A stretch of DNA of 62,173 bases, taken from contig JAIEPK010000143.1 in assembly GCA_019749875.1 (NCBI GenBank), forward strand, positions 73,531-135,703, written 5' to 3'. This DNA comes from Candidatus Binatia bacterium. Lineage in GTDB: Bacteria; Desulfobacterota; Binatia; UBA12015. A model generated the notes under the pieces. It was not told the DNA's origin. It searched no databases and saw nothing but the letters and a program-made list of their open reading frames with translations. Position 1 is the stretch's first letter. Every line of letters starts with the position of its first letter. The translations under genes were made by a program, and so were the position numbers. Positions 11,152 through 20,679 of the stretch are shown one piece after another.

Positions 11152-12041
11152 ACCAGTCGCTCGAGGGGATGGGTGAGGGCGCGGCGCAAGGTCGACGCAA
11201 TGCGCGCTCCCGTCACGCCGTCGATGAACCGGTGGTCGAAGGTGCAGCCGAGCGTCAACATCGGGCGAATCAGAATCTGCTCGCCGACCACCGCGGGCCG
11301 TCTCTGGATGTTGTTCACCAGCACGACGATCGGCACGTGGCTGAACGGCACGAGCGGCGCCAACGCCAGGCCGAGACCGGCGTCGATCGAGCCGATGCTG
11401 GTGACCATCGCGCTCCCGAACTGGTCGTACGCGATGCCGAAACGGCTCAAATCCAGGCCGAGGTCGTAGGTGAGGAAGCTCACCGCTCGCATCGCCGGAC
11501 CCAGCAGCCAGTCCGGAATCCGAGCCAGGCTCTCCTTCGACCTCTCGACTTCGCGATCCTTCCGCGCACGCAGCTGCGCGACCCGCGAGTTGAGCCTCTG
11601 GGCGATCTCGCGCAGCGGCATGCGATCGATGCCGAGAAGCTTCACGCCCGATAGGTCGCGTCCATCCTCGCTCGCAACCTGGCAGAAGATGTCGACCTCG
11701 TCGCGCTTATACAGCCGCTTGCCGATGATGAGGCCATTACCGTCCGGATGGTCTCGAAGCCCCAGCGCGAGAGCCTTCGCGACGAGATGGGTCACGGTGA
11801 CGTGCAGTCCGTCGGTGGCGCGCAGGCGCTCGATCAGCGCGAGCGACTCCGTCATGTCCACCTCGATGGTGCCGTAGACCGTCGGGTTGTCCGGAGGCGC
11901 CCAGGTGCCGAGCGCGAGCCGTCTCCAGCTCGTTGGATTCTGGACCCGATCATAGGGCGGCTTGCGCCGCGCCATTTCGGGTGCGAGGGCCGACTCCTCG
12001 TTTGCCGGACTGACCGTGCTCGGTTTGTGCATCGACGTCAC
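11148..12041 (-). CDS. Stand-alone 2-oxoacid dehydrogenase E2-type acyltransferase catalytic domain (no lipoyl domain)
   Basis: DHRFIDG catalytic motif, TSIGS; only 297 aa; AGGAG RBS before GTG. Confidence 0.85.
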   Translation of the reverse strand: MTSMHKPSTVSPANEESALAPEMARRKPPYDRVQNPTSWRRLALGTWAPPDNPTVYGTIEVDMTESLALIERLRATDGLHVTVTHLVAKALALGLRDHPDGNGLIIGKRLYKRDEVDIFCQVASEDGRDLSGVKLLGIDRMPLREIAQRLNSRVAQLRARKDREVERSKESLARIPDWLLGPAMRAVSFLTYDLGLDLSRFGIAYDQFGSAMVTSIGSIDAGLGLALAPLVPFSHVPIVVLVNNIQRRPAVVGEQILIRPMLTLGCTFDHRFIDGVTGARIASTLRRALTHPLERLV

Positions 12042-12106
12042 GCCTCGCTCCTGTTGTTCTTAACCTCAGGCCCCTGATATGCGATGTATCGTATGAAGGG
12101 GGATTT

Positions 12107-12445
12107 ATGAAATTTCGTCGAGGTCGTGAGAGGATCATCGCGGCGCTCGGGGCGCTCGCTCTGATCAGCTGTCTGGCGTCCCCCGCCCGTGCCCAGGCGC
12201 AGTACGACGATGGCCAGGCCCATCCGCTGCGGATGCTGGCCTACCTGGTCGCGCCCGCCGGCTATCTCGCGGAGTGGTTGGTCACCCGGCCACTGTTCCG
12301 AGTGGTTTCTCAGGAAGACAACGCCCCGATCTTCTCGTACACGCCGCAGGGTGGCTTCGATTACGAGACGTACGAGGAGGGCTTGTCGACCGGTGTGACA
12401 TTCGAAAGCCCGTACCGCGTCATGCAGCAGAACGGGACGCCCTAA
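12107..12445 (+). CDS. Small secreted hypothetical protein
   Basis: Signal peptide ending PARA; AAGGGGG RBS; YDDGQAHPLR motif. Confidence 0.7.
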   Translation: MKFRRGRERIIAALGALALISCLASPARAQAQYDDGQAHPLRMLAYLVAPAGYLAEWLVTRPLFRVVSQEDNAPIFSYTPQGGFDYETYEEGLSTGVTFESPYRVMQQNGTP

Positions 12446-12454
12446 GCGCGACGT

Positions 12455-14719
12455 TCACGACATCACCTCGAGCGGTGCGAAGCGCGCGATGAGCTTCTTC
12501 AGGCCCGCGCGCTCGAATTGCACCGTCAGCTTCGTTCCCGCCCCCGATCCTTCTCGTCTGCGGACGACCCCGACGCCGAACTGCGGGTGACGCACCCGCG
12601 TCCCGATGGGCAGCGCCCCGCCGGCGTCGGTTTCTTGGCTCGCGCTGTAGTCGATCTCCGGCTCGGTGCGCACCGTGACGCCGGCCGAGGCGGCCATTGC
12701 GCGCTTCGGTGAACCGCCCCAGTCGTCCACGGGCTCGACCCAGGTCTCGTCGCTCGCGCGGCGCTGAACGGGCTCCGGCTCGACACCAAAGGTCCGCACC
12801 AGCTCCGCGGGAATTTCACGTAGGAACCGCGACGGTGGGTTGTTCTGGCTGCTGCCGAACAGGATCCGATGGCGCGCCCGCGTCAAGACCAGACGTTCCC
12901 GCGCACGGGTCATGCCGACGTAGCAGAGCCGACGCTCCTCCTCGAGACCTCCCTCGTCGAGTGCGCGCGCATGCGGGAAGACGCCCTCCTCCATCCCGAC
13001 GAGATACACTGCGGGAAACTCGAGACCCTTCGAGTTGTGCAGCGTCATCAGGCTGATCGCCCCGCGCGCGACATCGTCGTTCTCCAGGTCCGAAACGAGT
13101 GCTGCCCGCTCGAGGAACGCCTCGACTGCGCTCGTGCCCCGTGGCGCTCCGTCCATCGCGTCGAGCTCGCGTGCCGCGGCAACCAGCTCTTCGAGATTGT
13201 CCGCACGCGCTTCGGCCTCCTGCGTGCCTTCGGCTTGCAGCCGCGAGAGGAGGCCGGTCTCAGCCAGCACCGTCTCGATGATGTCCGCCATCGTCCGCTC
13301 ACCCATCGCAGCGCGCAGACGCGCCACCATCGCCCAGAAGTCCGCCACGCGGCCGCGGCTCGCGTTGGCGAGCACGAGCCGATCGTCGTCGAGGCCGTCG
13401 AGGATCCGAGCGACCGGAACCCCGAGGGTCTTCGCAGCCTCGGTCAAGACGGCCACGGTGGTGGCGCCGATGCCGCGGGTCGGAACGTTGATCACGCGAG
13501 CGAGGCTCACGTCGTCGGCCGGGTTCACCAACAGCCGCAGGTAGGCGAGGACGTCCTTGACCTCCTTGCGATCGTAGAAGCGCGTGCCGCCGATCAGGAC
13601 GTAACGGATGCGGCGGAAGAGCAGCTCCTCCTCGAGGAGACGCGACTGGGCATTGGTTCGGTAGAACACCGCGACGTCGGAAGGCACGCGGCCCTGGCCG
13701 AGCACGCGCTCGATGTCGCTGGCGACGTAGCGCGCCTCGACGCGATCGTCCGGCAGCGTCGCGACGGTCACGGGCTCGCCCGGTCCGTTCTCGGTCCACA
13801 GCGTCTTGCCGTGGCGGTCCGCATTGCGACGGATCACGGCGCTCGCAGCTGCGAGGATGTTGCCCGTCGAGCGGTAGTTCTGCTCCAGTCGGATGACGTG
13901 CGCATCCGCGTGGTCCCGTCCGAAGTCGAGGATCGCGCGGACGGTCGCGCCGCGGAACGCGTAGATCGACTGGTCGTCGTCGCCCACGACGTTCAGGTTG
14001 CCGTGCCCCCCGGAAATCGCGCGGACGAGCTGATACTGCGCGCGGTTGATGTCTTGGTACTCGTCGACCAGCACGAACCGGTAGCGCGCTCGATAGGCGT
14101 CGCGCACCACCGGCTGTTCGTTCAGGAGTCGCAGCATCGCCGTGATGAGCGAGCCGAAATCCAGGGCACCGGCGCGCTGCAGCAGCAGCTCGTAGCGTGC
14201 GGCACCGCGCAGGAGAGCCTCCATGCGCTGCGGTCCCTCGTAGGTCTCGTGTCGGTCGAGAGGCTCGGCAGCGTTGCGTCGGCGCTCGATGTACGACCGC
14301 AGCGCGGACGCGGTGAGGAGATGTTCGCTGACGACCACCTCGGCGAGCGCGCGCCGACACAGCGCGATCTGATCGGCGTCGTCGTAAATCGCGAAGCTCG
14401 ATGGCAGGCCGAGCTTCGGCGCCTCGCGTCTCAGCCAACGTGCGCAGACGGAGTGGAACGTCCCGACCGTCAAGCCATGAACGTCGCCGTCGAGGAGCTT
14501 CTCGAGGCGCTCGCGCATCTCGCGTGCGGCCTTGTTGGTGAACGTGACCGCGAGGATCTGCTCCGGACGCACGCCGCGCTCCGAGACCAGGTGCGCGACG
14601 CGGTAGGTCAGGACGCGGGTCTTGCCGCTGCCCGCGCCGGCGAGAACGAGCAGCGGACCATCGCCGTGCAGGACCGCCTCGCGCTGCGGCGGATTGAGCG
14701 AATCGAGGTCCATGCGCAT
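12455..14719 (-). CDS. uvrD: ATP-dependent DNA helicase UvrD/PcrA
   Basis: AGAGSGKT, VDEYQD, VGDDDQSIY, TLHNSKGLEF, EERRLCYVGMTRA, C-terminal Tudor-like domain. Confidence 0.96.
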   Translation of the reverse strand: MRMDLDSLNPPQREAVLHGDGPLLVLAGAGSGKTRVLTYRVAHLVSERGVRPEQILAVTFTNKAAREMRERLEKLLDGDVHGLTVGTFHSVCARWLRREAPKLGLPSSFAIYDDADQIALCRRALAEVVVSEHLLTASALRSYIERRRNAAEPLDRHETYEGPQRMEALLRGAARYELLLQRAGALDFGSLITAMLRLLNEQPVVRDAYRARYRFVLVDEYQDINRAQYQLVRAISGGHGNLNVVGDDDQSIYAFRGATVRAILDFGRDHADAHVIRLEQNYRSTGNILAAASAVIRRNADRHGKTLWTENGPGEPVTVATLPDDRVEARYVASDIERVLGQGRVPSDVAVFYRTNAQSRLLEEELLFRRIRYVLIGGTRFYDRKEVKDVLAYLRLLVNPADDVSLARVINVPTRGIGATTVAVLTEAAKTLGVPVARILDGLDDDRLVLANASRGRVADFWAMVARLRAAMGERTMADIIETVLAETGLLSRLQAEGTQEAEARADNLEELVAAARELDAMDGAPRGTSAVEAFLERAALVSDLENDDVARGAISLMTLHNSKGLEFPAVYLVGMEEGVFPHARALDEGGLEEERRLCYVGMTRARERLVLTRARHRILFGSSQNNPPSRFLREIPAELVRTFGVEPEPVQRRASDETWVEPVDDWGGSPKRAMAASAGVTVRTEPEIDYSASQETDAGGALPIGTRVRHPQFGVGVVRRREGSGAGTKLTVQFERAGLKKLIARFAPLEVMS

Positions 14720-14771
14720 GGCGGACGCGGCAACGTAACGGACGCCGTCCAAAAGGAAAGTAGCGACACGC

Positions 14772-15407
14772 GTGCGCGCGCTGCTAACTTCCGCCGTGGC
14801 CGGTTACGAGCGCAAGGACGCGGTGTACCGCCGTGCGAAACGCGAGGGCTTCCGCTCTCGAGCGGCGATCAAGCTCGAGGAGCTCGATCGGCTCTTCTCG
14901 CTTCTTCGCCCCGGGCAGCGCGTCGTCGATCTGGGCTGCTGGCCGGGCGGCTGGTTGCAGGTGTGCGCCGATCGCGTCGGTGCCCGGGGGCGCGTAGTCG
15001 GCGTCGACGTCGCGGAAACGCAGCAGATCGAGCGCCCGAACGTCGTGGTCCTAAACGCCGACGTCTATGCCGATGGCTTGGTGCAGCGTGTCCGCGATGC
15101 TCTGGGCGGCCCAGCCGACTTGCTGCTGTCCGATCTCGCCCCGAAGATGAGCGGCATCGCTGCGAGCGATTCCGCACGCCACGCGGCCCTGGTGCACCGT
15201 GCTCTCGATCTGGCCCGGGCATTGCTCGCGCCGGATGGGATTTTTCTCGCGAAGCTCTTCATGGACGCGGAGTACCAGGGCCTGATCCAGGAAATCCGGG
15301 GGACGTTCGCCGCCGTAAAGGCCCGCAAGCTCGATACCACCCGCAAGGGGTCCTCGGAGCTCTACGTGTGCGGTCGTGGCTTGAAAGGAGCCGTTCCGCC
15401 CACGTAA
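14772..15407 (+). CDS. rlmE: 23S rRNA Um2552 2'-O-methyltransferase RlmE (FtsJ/RrmJ)
   Basis: FRSRAAIKL, DLGCWPGGW, SDLAP and K-D-K-E tetrad. Confidence 0.92.
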   Translation: MRALLTSAVAGYERKDAVYRRAKREGFRSRAAIKLEELDRLFSLLRPGQRVVDLGCWPGGWLQVCADRVGARGRVVGVDVAETQQIERPNVVVLNADVYADGLVQRVRDALGGPADLLLSDLAPKMSGIAASDSARHAALVHRALDLARALLAPDGIFLAKLFMDAEYQGLIQEIRGTFAAVKARKLDTTRKGSSELYVCGRGLKGAVPPT

Positions 15408-15429
15408 GCTGACGCGGCCGGGACCAGCG

Positions 15430-17523
15430 TTGCCCCCGCGAATCATCCTGCGAATCCGCGCCGGAAATCGTTCCGCCCGGCGTTCGAAGAGACGCCGCTC
15501 GTCGTCCGTTCCGGAACACACCTTGCGCTCCATCGTCCAAAAGGCCCTCGCGCTGCTGCCGCTCCTGGCGGCGGCGGTCGCACTTGCCGGCCCGGCGCCC
15601 GCCCGTGCACTCGATACCAGCAACGTTTTGGTGCTCGAGGATGATGGAACCATCCTCACGCCCGCAGATCCCGTGCCGCTGGCCGGGAAGAGGCTGACGT
15701 TCGTTCCCGGCGCCGACGGCGGTTACGCGACCCGGATCGGACCCAGCCGGGGCTTACTCCGTCGCGGAACGCCGGTGGACTTCGCTGCGCAGATGGACGG
15801 TGTCGCGCGGATCGCGCTCGCGACTCCGGTCACGTTCTTCGGCGAAAAGTACGCCGAGATCTATGTCCACCCGCAGGGGGTGGTCTCCTTCGGCGCTCCA
15901 CTGGCGGCCACCGCGCGCGCCGACGGGAGCGGCCAGCTGCTCAGCGGCGTGCTCTCGGGGCCGCCCGCGGTCGCCGTGTTGTGGAACGAGCTGCAGCCGC
16001 CGTCGGGAAATCTCGGTCGCGGCGTCTTCGTCGACCAGAGCGGCGGGGCGGTCATGGTCACCTGGTATCAGACGCCGTCGACGCGCCCGGCCGGGCAACC
16101 CAATACCTTTAGATTGACGCTCGCCGCGGACGGCACGATCGATCTCGATTACGGCGCCCTGGCCACGCGGTGGGGCATCGTCGGCGTCAGCCCCGGCAGC
16201 GCGCGCGACGGCGTCAAGATGACCGATTTCGCGGGTGCCCCGAAGATCGCCGCGCGAACGGCAACCCTCGCCTGGTACCACGACCTGCCGCAACTCAACG
16301 AGATTGCTTTGGCGCGCGCCGTCTATGCGCGCGTTCCCGATCGCTTCCAGTTCCTCACGGCGTTCACCACCCAGCCGGTCGATGGCCCGACGCCGGTGTG
16401 GAGCACGACCGTCCGGAACGCGGACCGGGGGATCGGCATGCCGATCTTCGACCACGGCGCAGTGTTCGGCAGCAGCACGCTGGAGCACGTGGTGGTGATG
16501 AACGACCTCGCGCTCTACGCCGACGACCCGACGAAGGGCCCTGCCGCCGCCGGCTACGCGTACGCGCCGTCGACGCTCGCGATCCTCGCACACGAGGTCG
16601 GGCACCGGTGGCTCGCCTATGCAGGAGCGTCCGAGCAGGGGCTCGCTGGCCCGGACGGACACTGGAGTTACGTGCTCGACACCGGCGCATCATTTCTCGG
16701 TGGCAACGACATCCGTGCCAACCCGGACGGCAGCTTCTCCACCACCGGAGCGATGCAGACCTACGGCCCGCTCGACCGGTACTTGATGGGCTTCGCCCGC
16801 GCGAACGAGGTGCCGCCCTTCTTCATCGTCGACGATGCACACGACTTCGAGCCGCCTGCGAATCATTCGGGAGAGGCGCTCGGTCCCGAGTCTCACCCCG
16901 AGGCGGGAGTACGCTTCCAGGGCACGCGTCGCGATCTCACGCTGGACGATGTTCGGGCCCGGATCGGTGATCGGCAGCCGGACGCGCAGAGCGCGCGGAC
17001 CGCCTTCCGCATGGCCGCCGTGCTGGTCGTTCCCGCCGGCGGGCGCGCCGAAGCGGCCCAGGTCGAGAAGGTGGAGCGGATCCGCCGGGCCTTCGGGCCG
17101 TTCTTCCGCGAGGCTACCGGCCACCGCGCGCGCTTGGCAACCTGGCTCCCGGCGAGCCGGGGTGACGCCTCGCCGATGGCCGATCCGCTGCTTCTCGCCG
17201 GCCGTCCGCGGCTCCTCGATGGCAGCGTCCGTCGCGATGCCTCGGGACGCGGCGAGGTCGTACTCGACTATGCCGACTTCGACGGCGACCTGACGTCCCT
17301 GCAGGTCACGACGGATGCGGCCGACGGCGCCCCGCCGGTCACGGTCGACGTCGCACAAGGGACCGTCGGAAACCGCCGCGGCTCGCTTTCGTTCGTGCTG
17401 CGCGACCTGCCGGCCGACGCGAAGCAGCTGCAGCTGGCGCTGGTCGACAATCGCGGGCTCACCAGCCGTGCGACATTGGCCCTCGCCTCGAGCGGCGCGG
17501 ACGCGCAGATCGCCTCGCGCTGA
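15430..17523 (+). CDS. Secreted multidomain zinc metalloprotease-like protein
   Basis: Signal peptide (LLPLLAAAVALAGPAPARA), HEVGH motif, GHW, LDRYLMG; true start probably near 15523. Confidence 0.75.
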   Translation: MPPRIILRIRAGNRSARRSKRRRSSSVPEHTLRSIVQKALALLPLLAAAVALAGPAPARALDTSNVLVLEDDGTILTPADPVPLAGKRLTFVPGADGGYATRIGPSRGLLRRGTPVDFAAQMDGVARIALATPVTFFGEKYAEIYVHPQGVVSFGAPLAATARADGSGQLLSGVLSGPPAVAVLWNELQPPSGNLGRGVFVDQSGGAVMVTWYQTPSTRPAGQPNTFRLTLAADGTIDLDYGALATRWGIVGVSPGSARDGVKMTDFAGAPKIAARTATLAWYHDLPQLNEIALARAVYARVPDRFQFLTAFTTQPVDGPTPVWSTTVRNADRGIGMPIFDHGAVFGSSTLEHVVVMNDLALYADDPTKGPAAAGYAYAPSTLAILAHEVGHRWLAYAGASEQGLAGPDGHWSYVLDTGASFLGGNDIRANPDGSFSTTGAMQTYGPLDRYLMGFARANEVPPFFIVDDAHDFEPPANHSGEALGPESHPEAGVRFQGTRRDLTLDDVRARIGDRQPDAQSARTAFRMAAVLVVPAGGRAEAAQVEKVERIRRAFGPFFREATGHRARLATWLPASRGDASPMADPLLLAGRPRLLDGSVRRDASGRGEVVLDYADFDGDLTSLQVTTDAADGAPPVTVDVAQGTVGNRRGSLSFVLRDLPADAKQLQLALVDNRGLTSRATLALASSGADAQIASR

Positions 17524-17525
17524 CG

Positions 17526-19901
17526 TCAGCGCAGCCAGGCGATGGTCGCGCCACCGCCGCCTTCGCGCCGATCTGCCTGAGCGAAGCGGGCGACGTATGG
17601 AGACGAGCCCAGATACTCGCGCACCGCGTCGCGTAGTGCACCGCTTCCCATGCCGTGGATGATGCGCACGATGCCGACGTTTTCGAGCGTCGCACGATCG
17701 AGGAACGACTCGAGCTGGGTGAGCGCGGGTCGGACTCGCGATCCGACGAGGTTCAGCTCCATCAATGCGATTCCGGGAAGTGCCGTCTCGGGCCCGGGCT
17801 CGTTCTCACTCGAGGGTGCGACCGCGATGCGAACGGTCGTGGCGCGCGCGTTCTGCGGACCGCCGATCCGACGCAGCTGGCTCAGGCGAACGTCGAATCG
17901 GATGCCACCGCGGCTCACCTGTGCGCGGTCGCCCGACACGGATTCGAGACGTCCACGCAGCTCGCTGCCCGTGACCTGCACCTCGTCGCCCACGCGGGGC
18001 TGCGGACCGCTCGGTGCGGCGTCGGCACCGGCTGCTGCCGCCAGCGCGCGCTCCTGCGCGCCGATGCGCGTGCGCTGCTCGGCCGCCGCGTCACGCAGCT
18101 GACGACCGAGCTCGTTCGGACGCTGTCGTGCCTCGTCGAGCATGCGCTGCCCTTCACGACGCAAGTCGTCGGCGAAGCGGCGTGCGGCGCCGAGCTCGTC
18201 GGCCCAGCGGCGCTTCTTCTGGACCGCCAGCTCCTGCGCGAGATCCTCGTAGCGCGTGCGTGCCGCCTCGAGCGCGGCACGCTCCGTCGCGGTCTCCTGC
18301 GCGAGCTGCTCGTAGCTGCGCCGCTCGTCCTCCAGCGCCCGCGCGGCGGTGGCCAGATCGACGCCGAGGCTGCCCCGCTCGCGCTCCGCGGCCTCGACCA
18401 GCGCGGGCGGGAAGCCCAGGCGTCTGGCCATCTCGAGGCCGAGGCTCGGTGCGATGCTGCGCTCGATCAGCCGGTAGCGCGGCGCGAAGGTCTCGGGGTC
18501 GAAGTCGACCGCGGCGACGCGCGCACCCGGATACGAGAGCGCGAAGGCCTTCACGCTCTGGAAGTGCGTCGTCGCGAGCACGCGTGCGCGACGACGCACG
18601 AGCTCTTCAAGGAGCGTCCGGGCGAGTGCCGCGCCGTCTTCGGGGTCCGTTCCGGTGCCGGGCTCGTCGAGCAGCACCAGCGAGCGGCCGGTCGCGCTGG
18701 TCAGGATCTCGCCGAGGTTGCGGACGTGTCCGGAGAACGTGGATAGATCGCCGGCGACGTTCTGCGGATCACCGATGTCGGTCCAGACGCCGTCGAAGAC
18801 CGGCAGCGTGGAGTCGCGATCGGCGAGAACCGGGATGCCGGACTGCACCATCAGGGCTGCGAGCCCGAGCGTCTTCAAGGCAACGCTCTTGCCGCCGGTG
18901 TTGGGTCCGCTGATGACGAGCAGCCGGGTATCCACGTCGAGCACGACGTCGATCGGGGTCACCGCGCGGCCGGTCAGCTCCAACAGCGGGTGGCGTGCGT
19001 TGCCGAGCCGGACGACGCCCTCGTCGAGCCGCGGGCATACGGCACGGTGGCGGCGCGCGAACGCGACCCGTGCCCCGAGGCAGTCGAGCTGCGTCAAGGC
19101 ATCGAAGCTCTCCGCGAGCGCGTCGCGATGGGCGCCGACCGCGGCAGTCGTTTCCGCGAGGATCCGTGCGACCTCCTGCGCCTCCTCGCGTGCCGCGATC
19201 AGCAGGCGGTTGTTGTGTTCGACGGCGAACAAAGGCTCGACGAACAGCGTCTCGCCCGAGGTCGAGCGATCCTGGACGATGCCGGCGAGGCGGCTCGCCG
19301 ACTGCGCGCGCACGGGCACGACGTAGCGCCCGTTGCGGACGGTCACGTAGGTGTCGGCGAGAGCGGCCGACGACGATTGCTGCGCGAGCCGCCCGAGCCG
19401 GCGCTCGATGTCCGCACGCAGCTCGCGCAGCTCGCGACGGAGCGAGCGCAGCGTCGGGCTCGCGTCGTCACGCACCTCGCCCTCGTCGTCGAGCGTGCTG
19501 GACAGAAGCCGGTCCAGCTCGGGCAGCGGATGCAGCACGTCGAGGAAGAGCAGCAGCAAGGACCCTTCGGCGGCGCGGGACCGCAAGAACGATCGCAGCT
19601 GCCGGACGGTCCCGAGCGTGCTCGCGATCTCGAGCAGCTCACGTCCCGACAGGCGGGCACCCGGCGTGCCCGAGACGGCCAGCGCCGGGCGGATGTCCGG
19701 GAAGTCGCCGAGCGGAGCCGGCTCGTCCTCGGTGATCGCGCGCAGCTCGTCGACGCGGGTGAGCTCCTCGCGCACCATGGTCGGCGACGTCTCCGGAAAG
19801 AGCGCGAGGCACGCCTCGCGACCCGCTGCGGATGCGGCATGGCGCGCCACCGCATCGAGGAGCCGCGAGAACTCGAGGTTGGCGAGATCGACCGGCCGCA
19901 C
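17526..19901 (-). CDS. mutS2: Endonuclease MutS2 (MutS-like ATPase with Smr domain)
   Basis: GPNTGGKS Walker A, DIGDPQ, LDEPGTGTDP, TTH, coiled coil, Smr IIHGMGSGALR. Confidence 0.95.
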   Translation of the reverse strand: MRPVDLANLEFSRLLDAVARHAASAAGREACLALFPETSPTMVREELTRVDELRAITEDEPAPLGDFPDIRPALAVSGTPGARLSGRELLEIASTLGTVRQLRSFLRSRAAEGSLLLLFLDVLHPLPELDRLLSSTLDDEGEVRDDASPTLRSLRRELRELRADIERRLGRLAQQSSSAALADTYVTVRNGRYVVPVRAQSASRLAGIVQDRSTSGETLFVEPLFAVEHNNRLLIAAREEAQEVARILAETTAAVGAHRDALAESFDALTQLDCLGARVAFARRHRAVCPRLDEGVVRLGNARHPLLELTGRAVTPIDVVLDVDTRLLVISGPNTGGKSVALKTLGLAALMVQSGIPVLADRDSTLPVFDGVWTDIGDPQNVAGDLSTFSGHVRNLGEILTSATGRSLVLLDEPGTGTDPEDGAALARTLLEELVRRRARVLATTHFQSVKAFALSYPGARVAAVDFDPETFAPRYRLIERSIAPSLGLEMARRLGFPPALVEAAERERGSLGVDLATAARALEDERRSYEQLAQETATERAALEAARTRYEDLAQELAVQKKRRWADELGAARRFADDLRREGQRMLDEARQRPNELGRQLRDAAAEQRTRIGAQERALAAAAGADAAPSGPQPRVGDEVQVTGSELRGRLESVSGDRAQVSRGGIRFDVRLSQLRRIGGPQNARATTVRIAVAPSSENEPGPETALPGIALMELNLVGSRVRPALTQLESFLDRATLENVGIVRIIHGMGSGALRDAVREYLGSSPYVARFAQADRREGGGGATIAWLR

Positions 19902-19904
19902 CGC

Positions 19905-20405
19905 TCACCCGACGCCGGTACCGCCCTCGTCCGTGTCGGCGTCCGCCCTGCCCGCTCCGCTGGCCTCGTCGACGGTCTGCCAGACACCGTCGCGACACGC
20001 CTGATCGCCGATCCACACGGCGCCGCCGGAGAAGAACTCCTTCTTCCAGATTGGCACGACCTCCTTCAGACGGTCGATCGTGAAGCGGGCGGCTTCGAAC
20101 GCGGCTCCACGGTGCGCGGAGGACACGGCGATCACGACGCTCGCCATGCCGATCGGGACCACCCCGGTTCGGTGCACGACCGCGATGCGCGCGATCGGCC
20201 AGCGCGACTCCGCCGCCGAGGCGATCTTGGCGAGCTCGCGCTCGGCCATGCCGGCATAGGCCTCGTACTCGAGGCGCTGCACGTCGCGGCCCTCGTTGTT
20301 GTCGCGCGTCATGCCGATGAACACGACCACGGCACCGGCCTTCGGGTCGGCGACCGCGGCCAGCAGCTCGTCGAGCACGATCGGCTCGGCCGTGAGGCGG
20401 ATCAT
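19905..20405 (-). CDS. moaE: Molybdopterin synthase catalytic subunit MoaE
   Basis: GAVVVFIGMTR, LEYEAY, HRTG, SSAHR, LKEVVPIWKKE. Confidence 0.93.
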   Translation of the reverse strand: MIRLTAEPIVLDELLAAVADPKAGAVVVFIGMTRDNNEGRDVQRLEYEAYAGMAERELAKIASAAESRWPIARIAVVHRTGVVPIGMASVVIAVSSAHRGAAFEAARFTIDRLKEVVPIWKKEFFSGGAVWIGDQACRDGVWQTVDEASGAGRADADTDEGGTGVG

Positions 20406-20412
20406 CCGGCGA

Positions 20413-20679
20413 TCATGCTGAAGGGACGAGAGTGCGGCAACCACCGCTCACGGGCGGGATCAGTGCGACCTCGTCCCCGTCGCTGAGCGGATGGCGCGCA
20501 TCGACGTACTCGGCGTTGACCGCGATCGAGACGCGTCCGGAGCTCGCGAGGTCCGGAAATTCGGCGCGCAGCGTTCGCAGCAGATCATCGACGGTCGCAC
20601 CGGGCGACAGCTCGCGCGATGCCTCCGACGTCCGGAGCCGCTCGCGCAGCGAGGCGAAGAAGCGCACCCGGACGGTCAC
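20413..20679 (-). CDS. moaD: Molybdopterin synthase sulfur carrier MoaD with 8-aa extension after GG
   Basis: VRFFASLRE...DGDEVALIPPVSGG followed by CRTLVPSA-stop; GTG start overlapping moaB stop. Confidence 0.88.
   Translation of the reverse strand: MTVRVRFFASLRERLRTSEASRELSPGATVDDLLRTLRAEFPDLASSGRVSIAVNAEYVDARHPLSDGDEVALIPPVSGGCRTLVPSA

Noticed and set aside
15419-15434. Possible sigma54 site CGGGACCAGCGTTGCC before the metalloprotease
   Set aside because: Spacing is right but the -24 box is poor; likely chance in high-GC DNA
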